Program-made: the position numbers and the translations under genes
Shown here: positions 1 through 11,992 of the stretch, piece after piece
Layout of the letters: each line of letters starts with the position of its first letter
Numbering within the stretch: the stretch's first letter is position 1
The notes under the pieces: generated by a model
What the model was told of the DNA's origin: nothing
The model's database searches: none
What the model saw: the letters and a program-made list of their open reading frames with translations, nothing else
Assembly (NCBI GenBank): GCA_020137815.1
Contig: CM035361.1
Coordinates: 1-64,000, forward strand
Source of the DNA: Hormiphora californensis
Lineage: Eukaryota; Animalia; Ctenophora
Length of the DNA: 64,000 nt
Direction: 5' to 3'

Positions 1-190
1 CGAAGATAGATAGAAAAGATAGAAAGAGAGATAGAGAGATAGAGAGATAGAGAGGAAGATAGGGAGTTAGAAATATAGAAAGATAGAAAGATATAAAGAT
101 AGAAAGAGAGATAGAGAGATAGAGAGGAAGATAGGGAGATAGAAAGATAGAAAGATAGAAAGAGAGGAGAGAGAGAAAGAGAGAGGAGAG

Positions 191-260
<70 letters not shown>

Positions 261-362
261 TATAAAGATAGAAAGATAGAAAGATAGAAAGATAGAAATA
301 GAGAGATAGGAGGATAGAAAGATAGAAAGATAGAAAGATAGAAAGATAGAAATAGAGAGATA
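1..362. repeat. GA-rich simple repeat (GATAGAAA / GA)
   Basis: Purine-rich runs of gatagaaa and (ga)n. Confidence 0.9.
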
Positions 363-716
363 GGATGGCCGATTTGAGTAAACTAAACGGTATCTGATAG
401 AGAACCGATAGCCCTAACCGATAACCCCAAACAAAACCCTAACCCGACCCTAACCAACAGCCCTAACCCGTCTCGACCGCCAAAATCAATGAATTGTTAG
501 CAATGGAAGGCACCCAGATTTTAACGTTTTCCGTCCGGGGACTCTTTGTCTAACGCCTGAGTATGGGACTCTATGTCTACCAAGTCTAACACGGGGGGAC
601 TCTATGTCTAAAAATTTTTGCTAAAAAATCCGGACTATATGTCTAAAGTCTAATGTTAGACTTAGAGTCCGTCAATTTCATATTTAACATTTCATATTTA
701 ACATGTATATTATCAG

Positions 717-956
717 GAGACAGGCTTATATAAAAAGGCAGACATTACGATTTCGTTTCGTTCTCTGGTATCTTCTCCACTCCGCGAGATAATAACTGGC
801 TTCTGGTTGCCTGGATCCAATGAGATGGTGTTCAATGATCTACAGTTGTGGACTTCTTCGAGCGTGTTCGGAGTTGACCTTTCTAGAGTTGCTCTGCATC
901 TGATAGGGCACGCTCTGGGACTGGGGCATTCTAACGTTTCAGTCATGTCACCACTA
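717..956 (+). CDS. MMP-like gene, exon A: catalytic-domain core (ADITISF...FNDLQLWT...HLIGHALGLGHS..SVMSPL)
   Basis: AG at 715-716, GTAAGT donor at 957; matrixin motifs ADIxISF, WT, HxxGHxLGLxH and Met-turn. Confidence 0.85.
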
Positions 957-1700
957 GTAAGTAAGACCGTCAAATATTCCCATATTATATGAGGTATAAA
1001 CTCTGACCACTGGCGCGTTATTTCAGATACCTTTCTCCCAGCGCGCCGCTGGGAGAAGGTAGCTGGAGTTTATCCGCCACTGGCAGATAAACTGGTTTCA
1101 ATCACGACGACGATCCCGAGGCGTAGACGAGGAAGAGGCGGAGGGTTTTAACCCTTTGAGGACCATAACGATTGGCCGAACAGAATTTTCTAATTTTTTG
1201 TGGAGAAGGTCAGGAGTATAGTCTAAGACTATACGAAAAGGGTTTACTGAAATCGGGTTTTAATTTTTGTGTTATGACATGGGTCATATATGACCCAGTG
1301 GTACTTATATGGTACAAAAAGTTTAGAGACGTCCTGTGTGAGCTATACTGTTATCAGGGACAGAAAAACTGGCTCATTGGTATACTAGAGGCATGACTAA
1401 ACTGTTACAACCGGAATATTACGTCTCAGACGGTTTTTTCACTGATTTGGGTCATATATGACCCAGTGGGCCGTTTGGGAAAATTTCAATGATATTGCCG
1501 AAAACTAATGAGTTTCGCTATTTCAACACAAAATAATCATTTGAAAGTTATTAATATGCTATTTAGTGATTGTTTAACCATTCAAATTAGATATTATGGG
1601 AATTTTTACTAGATTTGGGTCATATATGACCCAGTGGGTCGTATAGGAAAAAATCATACTTCGGATTCAAAAACTCAAATTTCAATCTTTATTTCATGTA

Positions 1701-2521
1701 CAGTCAGACCCCGATTTACCGAGCCCCGATTTACCGGAACCCCGATTTACCAGGACGAAACAAGAATTATTGCATTATGTATTCATAATGCGGTGTCTCC
1801 CTGCCCCAGATGGGTGTAAAATTGATAACTAAGCTTCAAAACTGGATTTCGCGATGAATTTTGCACTCAAAGAGCAATTTTTGGCTAATACGATGTTAGT
1901 TGCTATGGTATCCAGGGTGGTTGCTATGGTATTCAAAGCAGTTGCTATGGTAACCAAGGCAGTTGCTATGATAACCAAGACAGTTACTTAGGAGACCATA
2001 GTTGGTTACCAAGTGCTTCAACTTTATATTACCCTCATCTTAACTCCAGTCACTTACAATTATTGTGTGATAGTAGTTTCATGCTTAGAAGACTTGCTAC
2101 CACGTCATGGTACGGCTGTAGGGTACCCAAAGTGATTTCAGGTGAAAGTAGGAAGTGTTATGAGTGAGTAATTGCGCGCCACAATGCGTGTTAATCATTT
2201 CCTTTGTTGCATCAACAAAGTGTGAGCTGAAAGTTTTATGAAGGAGCAGACTTTGTTACTATGCGTAACGGTGGACAGACGGACGGACGGACATTTAGTT
2301 AACTCCACGATCTGCTGATTTCTAAACCCTGAATGATCTTTTTAGCACGTGCGTGCTAAAAACATCATCCCGGGTGAATGCCCTTCGGGCATTCACCCGG
2401 GCAGGGAAAAAATTCCCCCGATCTAGGAAATTAACGGTAATTGACCCCGATATACCGGGCACCCCGATTTACCGGTCAAAACCCTTTCCCCCGAGCATCC
2501 TGGTAAATCGGAGTCCGACTG
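1701..2521. mobile_element. Tc1/mariner-type MITE (CAGTC..ACCCCGATTTA ends), TA TSD; contains a HINE
   Basis: TA|cagtcagaccccgattt ... aaatcggagtccgactg|TA; empty site visible in the opposite piggyBac arm (~4580-4597); relative at 57841-58012. Confidence 0.85.
1759..2412 (+). mobile_element. Helentron-associated non-autonomous element (HINE/DINE-1-like)
   Basis: AACAAG end, tccctgcc/ggcaggga sub-terminal IR, terminal stem-loop ccgggtgaatgcc-cttcg-ggcattcacccgg, GGAC microsatellite, no TSD. Confidence 0.7.
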
Positions 2522-2589
2522 TACAACCAATTACTCGTATCAATACAAATCCAATCAATAATAGTCCAATCATTCTAACTGATGGTGAT

Positions 2590-3137
2590 CATGCCCGTTC
2601 TATACAACTAAAGTCCTAACTATAATACCTCTACAAACTGCCAAACGAAACTCTTTCGAAGTTTCAGTTTTGTTTGGATGGATGGCCTGGTAAGCTATTC
2701 GTGAGTTCATGAGTGATTGATCCAAAAAATTAAACACTAAAAACTAAACACTAGTCTGAGATAGTACCTATGTTTCGACCTCCTATCAGTTCCGCAAGTA
2801 ATAGACAGTCTGTCGTGCAAGTGGACTCCCCCATATAGGCATTGTAGGACTTGATCACTTCTGGGCATGGAAAGGACGTCTTTGTTGCCTTCCCCTTCAC
2901 TCTTCTCAGGGATGTTCCGACTTTTTCACAGCTATTGGCGCTTGTAATGACATGAACAGGCTTGTTGTCGATCCATTTTACCACGTTTATTGCCGTTATA
3001 GATGCTACTGCAGATGCGGCAGGTGACCGGAATATCTTCATCTCTCCACGTGACATGTCCTTATATCTGTAGGAAACGATGGCATTCCTTTTCGACCTTC
3101 GAGAAGATGCGAGAGTAAAACTGGTTGCCTTTATCAA
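2590..3137 (-). pseudogene. Inverted, degraded copy of the piggyBac transposase C-terminal half
   Basis: ORF 2751-3137 repeats ORF 3237-3746 (MSRGEMKIFR...PCPEVIKSYNAY). Confidence 0.85.
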
Positions 3138-3139
3138 TT

Positions 3140-4536
3140 TGCCTTATACACGGGACGGAAAGAATCACATGAGCTGAGGCTAGGCGAATCTGTTGTTGTT
3201 AGTCTCACAGAATCTCTGAAGGACACCTGGGTCAACGTGTACGCCGACAACTACTTCTCAACCCCCGCCCTAGTCCTCAATCTTCTCGAGAATGATATCT
3301 ATTATACCGGGGTAGTTTCAGCAGGTCGAAAAAGAATGCCATCGTTTCCTGCAGATAAGGCCATGTCACGTGGAGAGATGAAGATATTCCGGTCACCTGC
3401 CGCATCTGCAGTAGCATCTACGGCAATAAATGTGGTAAAATGGATCGACAACAAGGCTGTTCATGTCATTACAAGCGCCAATAGCTGGGAAAAAGTCGAA
3501 ACAGTCCTGAGAAGAGTGAAGGGGAAGGCAACAAAGACGTCCTTTCCATGCCCAGAAGTGATCAAGTCCTACAATGCCTATTATATGGGGGGAGTCGACT
3601 TGCACGACAGACTGTCTATTACTTGCGGAACTGATAGGAGGTCGAAACACAGGTACTGTGTCAGACTAGTGTTTAATTTTTTCCCTGCCCGGGTGAATGC
3701 CGAAGGCATTCACCCGGATGCCTTTTTACTTTGTAAAAAGGCATAGCAGGGTTAGAATTCGAAAACGACATTTTGGTATACTAACTAATCGGTAGAGGGA
3801 CATTTTTTGGTCACACTTTCGTTGCGAGGGCAACGGTGTAGCAACTAGAGCCGCGCACACAGTGACGAGCTACTCCTTCATCAAACACCTCATTGACACA
3901 GTTTGATGGACGTGTGTGCGCGCGCCACTCAACAAAACATGAAATGCTCTGCCACACGTTTCGCGTGTTACATATACATTTTCATCTTGCGAGTCGAGTG
4001 TGAGATGTTAGATAAGTAGTTAAGTTGGAATGTCAAAGCTGGATAGTAAGTGTCATGTGATTGGGAGTTAGCTAACTCTAAGCTATGTGAGAAGTATACT
4101 GACAGCTAGATCGTATGCATCTCACATTACATTATGACCAAGCCTTGATCCTGTTGGCAGTGACAATGTCACTGACATGTGAAACGGTAGGGCAGGGAAA
4201 CACAGCATTATGAATACATAATGCAATAATTCTTGTATGGATCAATCACTCATGAATTCACGAATAGCTTACCAGGCCATCCATCCAAACAACACTGAAA
4301 CTTCGAAAGAGTTTCGTCTGGCAGTTTGTAGAGGTATAGTTGGGCACTCCCATTGCAACAGGTCAAGAAGCTCTCTCTCTGGGAGCCATCTTCCAGTTTA
4401 CCTCGAGCAGAGGCGTAGGTGTAATGTTTACAAATCGGACAAGAAAACCTATATTGGTTGTTCGGCTAGTGGTTGTAAAGGGAGGGGGTTTTGTCTGACT
4501 CAAAAGCGAAACTGTTTTATCATCACCATCAGTTAG
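3140..4536 (+). pseudogene. piggyBac (PGBD-like) transposase remnant, 5'-truncated and split by a HINE
   Basis: ADNYFS, KWIDNK, YNAYYMGGVDLHD, then Cys-rich C-terminal domain in ORF 4237-4536. Confidence 0.9.
3683..4236 (-). mobile_element. HINE-like element inserted in a T-run of the piggyBac ORF
   Basis: Same termini as 1759-2412; the opposite arm shows the empty site gtgtttaattttttggatc. Confidence 0.75.
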
Positions 4537-4791
4537 AATGATTGGACTGTTATTGATTGGATTTGTATTGATACGAGTAATTGGTTGTACATGAAATAAA
4601 GATTGAAATTTGAGTTTTTGAATCCAAAGTATGATTTTTTCCTATACGACCCACTGGGTCATATTTGACCCAAATGTAGTAAAAATTCCCATAATATCTA
4701 ATTTGAATGGTTAAACAATCACTATATAGCATATTAATAACTTTCAAATGCTTATTTTGTGTTGAAATAGCGAAACTCATTAGTTTTCGGC

Positions 4792-6334
4792 GGCAATTTT
4801 GCATTTGCGGGCATCGCACTATAGACGCAGTACCCACGTACTATAGACGCATTATAAACGCATTATAAACGCATTATAGACGCATTATAGACACACGCAA
4901 TATAGACGCAATTTCGTAAGCAGCACTATAGACGCAATATAGACGCATTATAACAGCAATATAAACGCATTTTTATAGACGCGACGCAGTATAGCCGCAT
5001 TATAGGCGCACTACCCACCCCAAAATCACCTTATAGACGCACTATAGACGCATTATAGACTGACTATAGTAGCACCATAAACGCTACATAGACCCATATA
5101 GACGCATGATAGAAGCATTATAGACGCAAATCGCTTTTTATAGACGCCGCGTCTATAAAAAACGTGCTTTTTTAAGAAGCACTATAGACGTACTCAGACG
5201 CACGCTGCCATATTTGAGGCGCAGTTGGGCGAACTATAAACGCATTTTTGTCGCATATAAAAGGAAGCAGTATAGACGCATTATAGACGCATTATAGACG
5301 CATGTGTGCGAAATCGATAAAGACGCAATATAGACGCAATTAATAAGAAGGAGAGGGAGAGAGACTAGAGGGAGGGAGGGAGGGAGGGAGAGGGAAGGAG
5401 AGGGAAAGAGGGAGGGATACAGAGACAGATCAGACAGAGACAGATGGACACAGATCTGAGACAGACGGACAGAGTAAGATGGGGAGAGATTAAGATGGAG
5501 AGTGGAGAGAGAGAGTGAGACAGAGAGGGAGATAGTAAGCGCGTGTTTGTCCGTCCATCTGTCTCTGTCCGTTTGTTTCCATCTCTGTCTTTTTCTGTCT
5601 CACTCTTTTTATGTCTCACTCCGTCCCTATATCACTATCTTTCCATCTTACTCTCTTTCCATCTTACTCTGTCCTTCTGTCTCAGATCTTTATCCGTCTG
5701 TTTCTGTCCCTGTACCCCTCCCTCAGTCCCTCCCTCTCCTTCCCTCTCCCTCCCTCCCTCGTCTCTCTCTCCCTCTCCTTTTTATTTTGCGTCTATATTG
5801 CGTCTTTATCGATTTCGCACACATGCGGCTATAATGCGTCTATAATGCGTCTGTACTGCTTCCTTTTATATGCGACAAAAATGCGTTTATAAAACGCCCA
5901 ACTGCGCCTCAAATATCGCACTGTAGCCTGGAGTACGTCTAAAGTGCTTCTTTAAAAAGCACGTTTTTTATAGACGCGGCGTCTATAAAAAGCGATTTGC
6001 GTCTATAATGCTTCTATCATGCGTCTATATGGGTCTATGTAGCGTTTATGGTGCTGCTATAGTCAGTCTATAATGCGTCTATAGTGCGTCTATAAGGTGA
6101 TTTTGGGGTGGGTAGTGCGCCTATAATGCGGCTATACTGCGTCGCGTCTATAAAAATGCGTTTATATTGCTGTTATAATGCGTCTATATTGCGTCTATAG
6201 TGCTGCTTACGAAATTGCGTCTATATTGCGTGTGTCTATAATGCGTCTATAATGCGTTTATAATGCGTTTATAATGCGTCTATAGTACGTGGGTACTGCG
6301 TCTATAGTGCGATGCCCGCAAATGCAAAATTGCC
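4792..6334. mobile_element. MULE-like foldback, GGCAATTTTGCATTTGCGGGC family
   Basis: Long inverted arms of TATAGACGC sub-repeats; 9-bp TSD gttttcggc. Confidence 0.9.
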
Positions 6335-6725
6335 GTTTTCGGCAATATCATTGAAATTTTCCCAAACGGCCCACTGGGTCATATATGACCCAAATCAGTG
6401 AAAAAGCCGTCTAAGACGTATTATTCCGGTTGTGGCAGTTTGGTCATGCCTCTAGTACACCAATGACCCGGTTTTTATGTCCCTGATAACAGTATAGCTC
6501 ACACAGGACGTCTCCAACCTTTTTGTACCATATAAGTACCACTGGGTCATATATGACCCAATTTTTGAAATCGCTATAGCTCAGTCAATTTTTAATATTT
6601 TTTGATGCGGCTTTTTTCTTGCAGTTCTAGTTGGTCTTCTTCTAAAGTGTTTAAAATTATAGAAAATTCGTAGGAGGCGTTTAAAAATGGCATCAAAAGT
6701 TAAAAAATGACCAAAATGAACATCA

Positions 6726-7882
6726 GGCAGGTGAGTAGAACTTCGCTCCTAATAAAAGGCTGCAATAAAAGGCTGCATTAAAAGGCTGCAATAAAAGGCT
6801 GCATTAAAAGGCTGCAATAAAAGGCTGCAATAAAAGGCTGCAATAAAAGGCTGCAATAAAAGGCTGCAATAAAAGGCTGCAATGGATCACGTATCCAACT
6901 GGACTAAAGCAGGAGATAGACCGAATCGTCCTCCCTTAATAGTGTTTCGTATCACGTATCGGTCTCTACCATAAGCGGTAGAGAGACCGAATCACCCACC
7001 CCTAATTATAGTGATTCGTGCCATGTATCCAACTAAACCATAGGCGGTAGATAGACGGAGATAGAGAGTTAGAGAGGTGAGAGTGAGAGATCCGAATCAT
7101 GGACGACTAATCAAGTATTGTATCACGTTTCATGATATCCTCTAATTAATTAAATGAAAGGCGGTTACCTATAATTTGACCTAATCGGTGCCAATACGTG
7201 ATTACTGATTTTCTACCGTTATTCGCCAATAGTCTTTATGTACACAATTCAGTAGAGCGGAATCACACATAATACTATGACAAGTGAACCAAGTGGTTGG
7301 GTGGTTCACCTGTCATTGTGCTACACGCTCAATCAATAGATCTACCCTACCTCATTAGACCAACACTCTCAGTAGTTACTGACTACCTCTACTGAATCGT
7401 GGATCGATACGGAAGGACTAATGGAGAATACATAGCGGTAGAGAATCACGTATCGCCGTATCGGGACCGATGAGGTCTTATTGTCAATTGGTAACCGCTT
7501 TTCATTAGAGGATACCATGGTACATGATACCAAACCGTGATTCTGATTTTTCACTCTCTCAGTTCTCACTCGTACTCGCTCTCTATCTCGGTCTTTCTAT
7601 CGCCTATGGTCTAGTTGGATACGTGACACGAATCACTATAATTAGGGGAGGGTGATTCGGTCTCTCTACAGCCAATACACGATACGAAACACTATTAGGG
7701 GAGGACGATTCGGTCTATCCCCCGCTTTAGTCTGGTTGGATACGTGATCCCTTGCAGCCTTTTATTGCAGCCTTTTATTGCAGCCTTTTATTGCAGCCTT
7801 TTTCTGCAGCCTTTTATTGCAGCCTTTTATTGCAGCCTTTTATTGCAGCCTTTTATTAGGAGCGAAGTTCTACTCACCTGCC
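6726..7882. mobile_element. Foldback, GGCAGGTGAGTAGAACTTCG family, with 13-bp tandem repeats (aataaaaggctgc)
   Basis: TIRs; 8-bp TSD gaacatca. Confidence 0.85.
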
Positions 7883-8236
7883 GAACATCATTTGGACCCA
7901 ATTATCTAAACCTTAACATCAATGATTGCGCATGAAACTTGGATTTTTAGGTAGAGAAATGTCTAAACTATCGTTTAGGCTTTAGTTTGGGCTCAAAAGT
8001 TAATCCTGAAGCTGGGAAATGAGTCTTTAGTGCAATGGGTCATATATGGCCTGTGGTCCTCAAAGGGTTAAACCAATAACGTGCCAGTGGTCAGAGTTTA
8101 TAGGTTATATATACCCTGCTTTAGTTGATTGTTTCAAGTATTACTAAGAGAGAGAGAGAACACTAATCAAAACACACAAAGAGAACTGAGAAACAGTCAA
8201 AAACACCTCACAATTGAGTGTATATTGTTTGGTAAT

Positions 8237-11042
8237 CAGGGTGTGAACTGCATGTCGTGTTTGCTAGTCGCGAGCGCGCTTGCGAGACAAGCAAACACGT
8301 CAAGGTTCATTAACAAGCATGCTGCTCAGTCATTTTAGATTTAATACACAATGTAAGGATACCATGTAATAGGTGAGACTCTTGCCGTCACCCTCGTTCA
8401 AGTCCCGTGAAAAACGGAGCAGTACACGCAAACTGATGCCCATTTTCCTCGCGTGACCCCGATTCAGCAGTTTGAGACACCAACTCTTTAGGGGGCCATA
8501 TCTCAGGAACCAGACAAGATAGGAAAAATCGCCGTCTAACGAGGCGTACAGTTTTTAATCTAGTTTACCACTGTACCGGCCGTTTCACTCTCCGACCTAA
8601 AACAAAAATCGCAACCCCACAAAACTTCAAAATAATGAAATTCGCATCTCGCATGTCGTGTTGCATGTCGTGTTGCATGTCGTGTCATGTTATTGACGCA
8701 CTCGCGTTCAACTCTCACACAGCAGCTGCAGAACATGGCGGGAAACATCGAGGAGTAGAGAGAGGGTCGGTGCCGAATCAAATATTTCTTGATCTTGATC
8801 TACTCCATCTCTCAGCTATCCTACCCCTCATCAACTCGATCTCTCAGCTACCCTACCCCTCATCTACTCCATCTTTCAGCTACCCTACCCCTCATCTACT
8901 CCATCTTTCAGCTACCCTACCCCTTATCTAGTCCATCTCTCAGCTACCCTACTCCTCATCTACTCCATCTCTCAGCTTCCCTATTAGGGAAGCATAAAGA
9001 TGGAAACGATTAGGGGTAGGGAATCCCTATCCATAATCGTTTCCATCTCTATGCTTCCCTAGCCCTCATCAACTCCATCTTTCAGCTACCCTACCCCTAA
9101 TCTAGTCCATCTCTCCGCTACCCTACTCCTCATCTACTGCATCTCTCAGCTACCCTACCTCCCATTTACTCCATCTCTCAGCTACCCTACCTCCCATTTA
9201 CTCCATCTCTCAGCTTCCCTACCTCCCATTTACTCCATCTCTCAGCTTCCCTACCTCCCATTTACTCCATCGCTTACCTTCCCTACCTCCCATTTACTCC
9301 ATCTCTCAGCTTCCCTACCTCCCATTTACTCCATCTCTCAGCTTACCTACCTCCCATTTACTCCATATCTCAGCTTCCCTACCTGCCATTTACTCCATCT
9401 CTCAGATACCCTACCTCCCATTTACTCCATCTCTCAGCTTACCTACCTCCCATTTACTCCATCTCTCAGCTTCCCTACCTCCCATTCACTCCATCTCTCA
9501 TTTATCCTAACATTCCTACCCCTGAGAGATGTAGTAAATGGGAGGTAGGGAAGCTGAGAGATGGAGTAAATGGGAGGTAGGGAAGCTGAGAGATGGAGTA
9601 AATGGGAGGTAGGGTAGCTGAGAGATGGAGTAAATGGGAGGTAGGGAAGCTGAGAGATGGAGTAAATGGGAGGTAGGGTAGCTGAGAGATGGAGTAAATG
9701 AGAGGTAGGGAAGCTGAGAAATGGAGTAAATGGGAGGTAGGGTAGCTGAGAGATGGAGTAAATGGAAGGTAAGGTAGCTGAGAGATGGAGTAAATGGGAG
9801 GTAGGGAAGCTGAGAGATGGAGTAAATGGGAGGTAGGGTAGCTGAGAGATGGAGTAAATGGGAGGTAGGGAAGCTGAGAGATGGAGTAAATGGGAGGTAG
9901 GGTAGCTGAGAGATGGAGTAAATGAGAGGTAGGGAAGCTGAGAAATGGAGTAAATGGGAGGTAAGGTAGCTGAGAGATGGAGTAAATGGGAGGTAGGGTA
10001 TCTGAGAGATGGAGTAAATGGCAGGTAGGGAAGCTGAGATATGGAGTAAATGGGAGGTAGGTAAGCTGAGAGATGGAGTAAATGGGAGGTAGGGAAGTTG
10101 AGAGATGTAGTAAATGGGAGGTAGGGTAGCTGAGAGATGGAGTAAATGGGAGGTAGGGTAGCTGAGAGATGGAGTAGATGAGGAGTAGGGTAGCGGAGAG
10201 ATGGACTAGATTAGGGGTAGGGTAGCTGAAAGATGGAGTTGATGAGGGCTAGGGAAGCATAGAGATGGGAACGATTATGGATAAGGATTCCCTAACCCTA
10301 ATCGTTTCCATCTCTATGCTTCCCTAATAGGGAAGCTGAGAGATGGAGTAGATGAGGAGTAGGGTAGCTGAGAGATGGACTAGATAAGGGGTAGGGTAGC
10401 TGAAAGATGGAGTAGATGAGGGGTAGGGTAGCCGAGAGATCGAGTTGATGAGGGGTAGGATAGCTGAGAGATGGAGTAGATCAAGATCAAGAAATATTTG
10501 ATTCGGCACCGACCCTCTCTCTACTCCTCGATGTTTCCCGCCATGTTCTGCAGCTGCTGTGTGAGAGTTGAACGCGAGCGCGTCAATAACATGACACGAC
10601 ATGCAACACGACATGCAACACGACATGCGAGATGCGAATTTCATTATTTTGAAGTTTTGTGGGGTTGCGATTTTTGTTTTAGGTCGGAGAGTGAAACGGC
10701 CGGTACAGTGGTAAACTAGATTAAAAACTGTACGCCTCGTTAGACGGCGATTTTTCCTATCTTGTCTGGTTCCTGAGATATGGCCCCCTAAAGAGTTGGT
10801 GTCTCAAACTGCTGAATCGGGGTCACGCGAGGAAAATGGGCATCAGTTTGCGTGTACTGCTCCGTTTTTCACGGGACTTGAACGAGGGTGACGGCAAGAG
10901 TCTCACCTATTACATGGTATCCTTACATTGTGTATTAAATCTAAAATGACTGAGCAGCATGCTTGTTAATGAACCTTGACGTGTTTGCTTGTCTCGCAAG
11001 CGCGCTCGCGACTAGCAAACACGACATGCAGTTCACACCCTG
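8237..11042. mobile_element. 2.8-kb near-perfect foldback with an inverted 32-bp minisatellite core
   Basis: CAGGGTGTGAAC...GTTCACACCCTG, flanked by GTAAT on both sides; unit tactccatctctcagcttccctacctcccatt. Confidence 0.9.
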
Positions 11043-11456
11043 GTAATAGCTACTAAGGAGAGAAATATCATGATAAGGGGCATGTCAGACATAACAGAGA
11101 GGAGTTGAGATAGTGAGACAGAAGGGGAGATGAAGAGAGAGAGAGTAATTGACGGAATGTGTTGTTTCTTACTCTCCAATGGGTTGGTTGGTTGGTTGGA
11201 GCGGCTGGTGCTTTTTGGAGCCTTTGTTAGAGGCTCCTTGTTGACCAAGAGAGGCTTACCAGCTTTGGAATTTACCGCCGCTGGGGGTTTAATAGTGCAC
11301 GTGAGTGACTTCGGAGGTGAAGAACTTGCTTGCCACCGAGAGGTCGAGTTGCCATGGGGCGTCTCGAGGGATTTGAGGTGAGTTTAGTGATGACCGGGGG
11401 CTCCCATGAAGGTGAAGAAAAAAGGGGTGGCCCCGGTTTGTAACACTTCATGAGGC

Positions 11457-11588
11457 ACACAAAGGAAAACTACTGTTTAGTTTGGTTTCGAAGTAAACCT
11501 CTCATCAGTACAAACTATACAAATACTAAAAAACCGTACTCGCATCTGCATCACAATGCTCCTTCTAAACAGTAGTTTTCCTTTGTGT
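11457..11588. mobile_element. Small MITE-like inverted repeat
   Basis: acacaaaggaaaactactgtttag ... ctaaacagtagttttcctttgtgt. Confidence 0.55.
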
Positions 11589-11992
11589 AACTAGCTCTCC
11601 GACACCTGTCGAGATCGAGCACTCTCCTGCTGGAACAGGACTACTACTATACTTCATGAGGCTCCTATTTCCCATCCTGGGTGGTGTGGCTGGTATGTTG
11701 CCAAGCTGCTTCGGCCCAAGGAGACTCGGGGAGCTGGTGCTACACCAGGTCACATTTGATTCCGCCCTTTTATATGTCCCTACTGATTGCTCTCCCTTTT
11801 CAAACCTTCTAGAATATTTACGTCACGATTTTGTTTTACTAGGCTCTATTATATCTGTTACTACCGCGTTTCACATTTTTACGCTCTGGGGTTGGGTGTT
11901 GCCTTAGACTGGTGTCCTCGCGCCTTACTGCTATGTTCATGATATTGCCCGGGATTTTTGTCCTGGGCACCCTTCTTTATTAGTAATCTTAA

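Larger units (their letters stand above)
1152..8067. mobile_element. piggyBac-derived foldback element with nested insertions
   Basis: TTAA|CCCTTTGAGGACCA ... TGGTCCTCAAAGGG|TTAA; internal piggyBac transposase remnants. Confidence 0.9.
995..8102. mobile_element. MITE with ~28-bp TIRs hosting the piggyBac-derived element
   Basis: tataaactctgaccactggcgcgttatt (995-1022) inverted at 8075-8102. Confidence 0.65.

Noticed and set aside
5365-5892. ORFs in GA/TC-rich foldback centres (also 22429-23082, 54744-55312, 58766-59374) and the GT repeat at 36713-37106
   Set aside because: Low-complexity translation artefacts
11043-11990. Nested gene in unique-looking sequence
   Set aside because: Short ORFs on both strands with no recognisable domain or consistent splice pattern; origin unresolved
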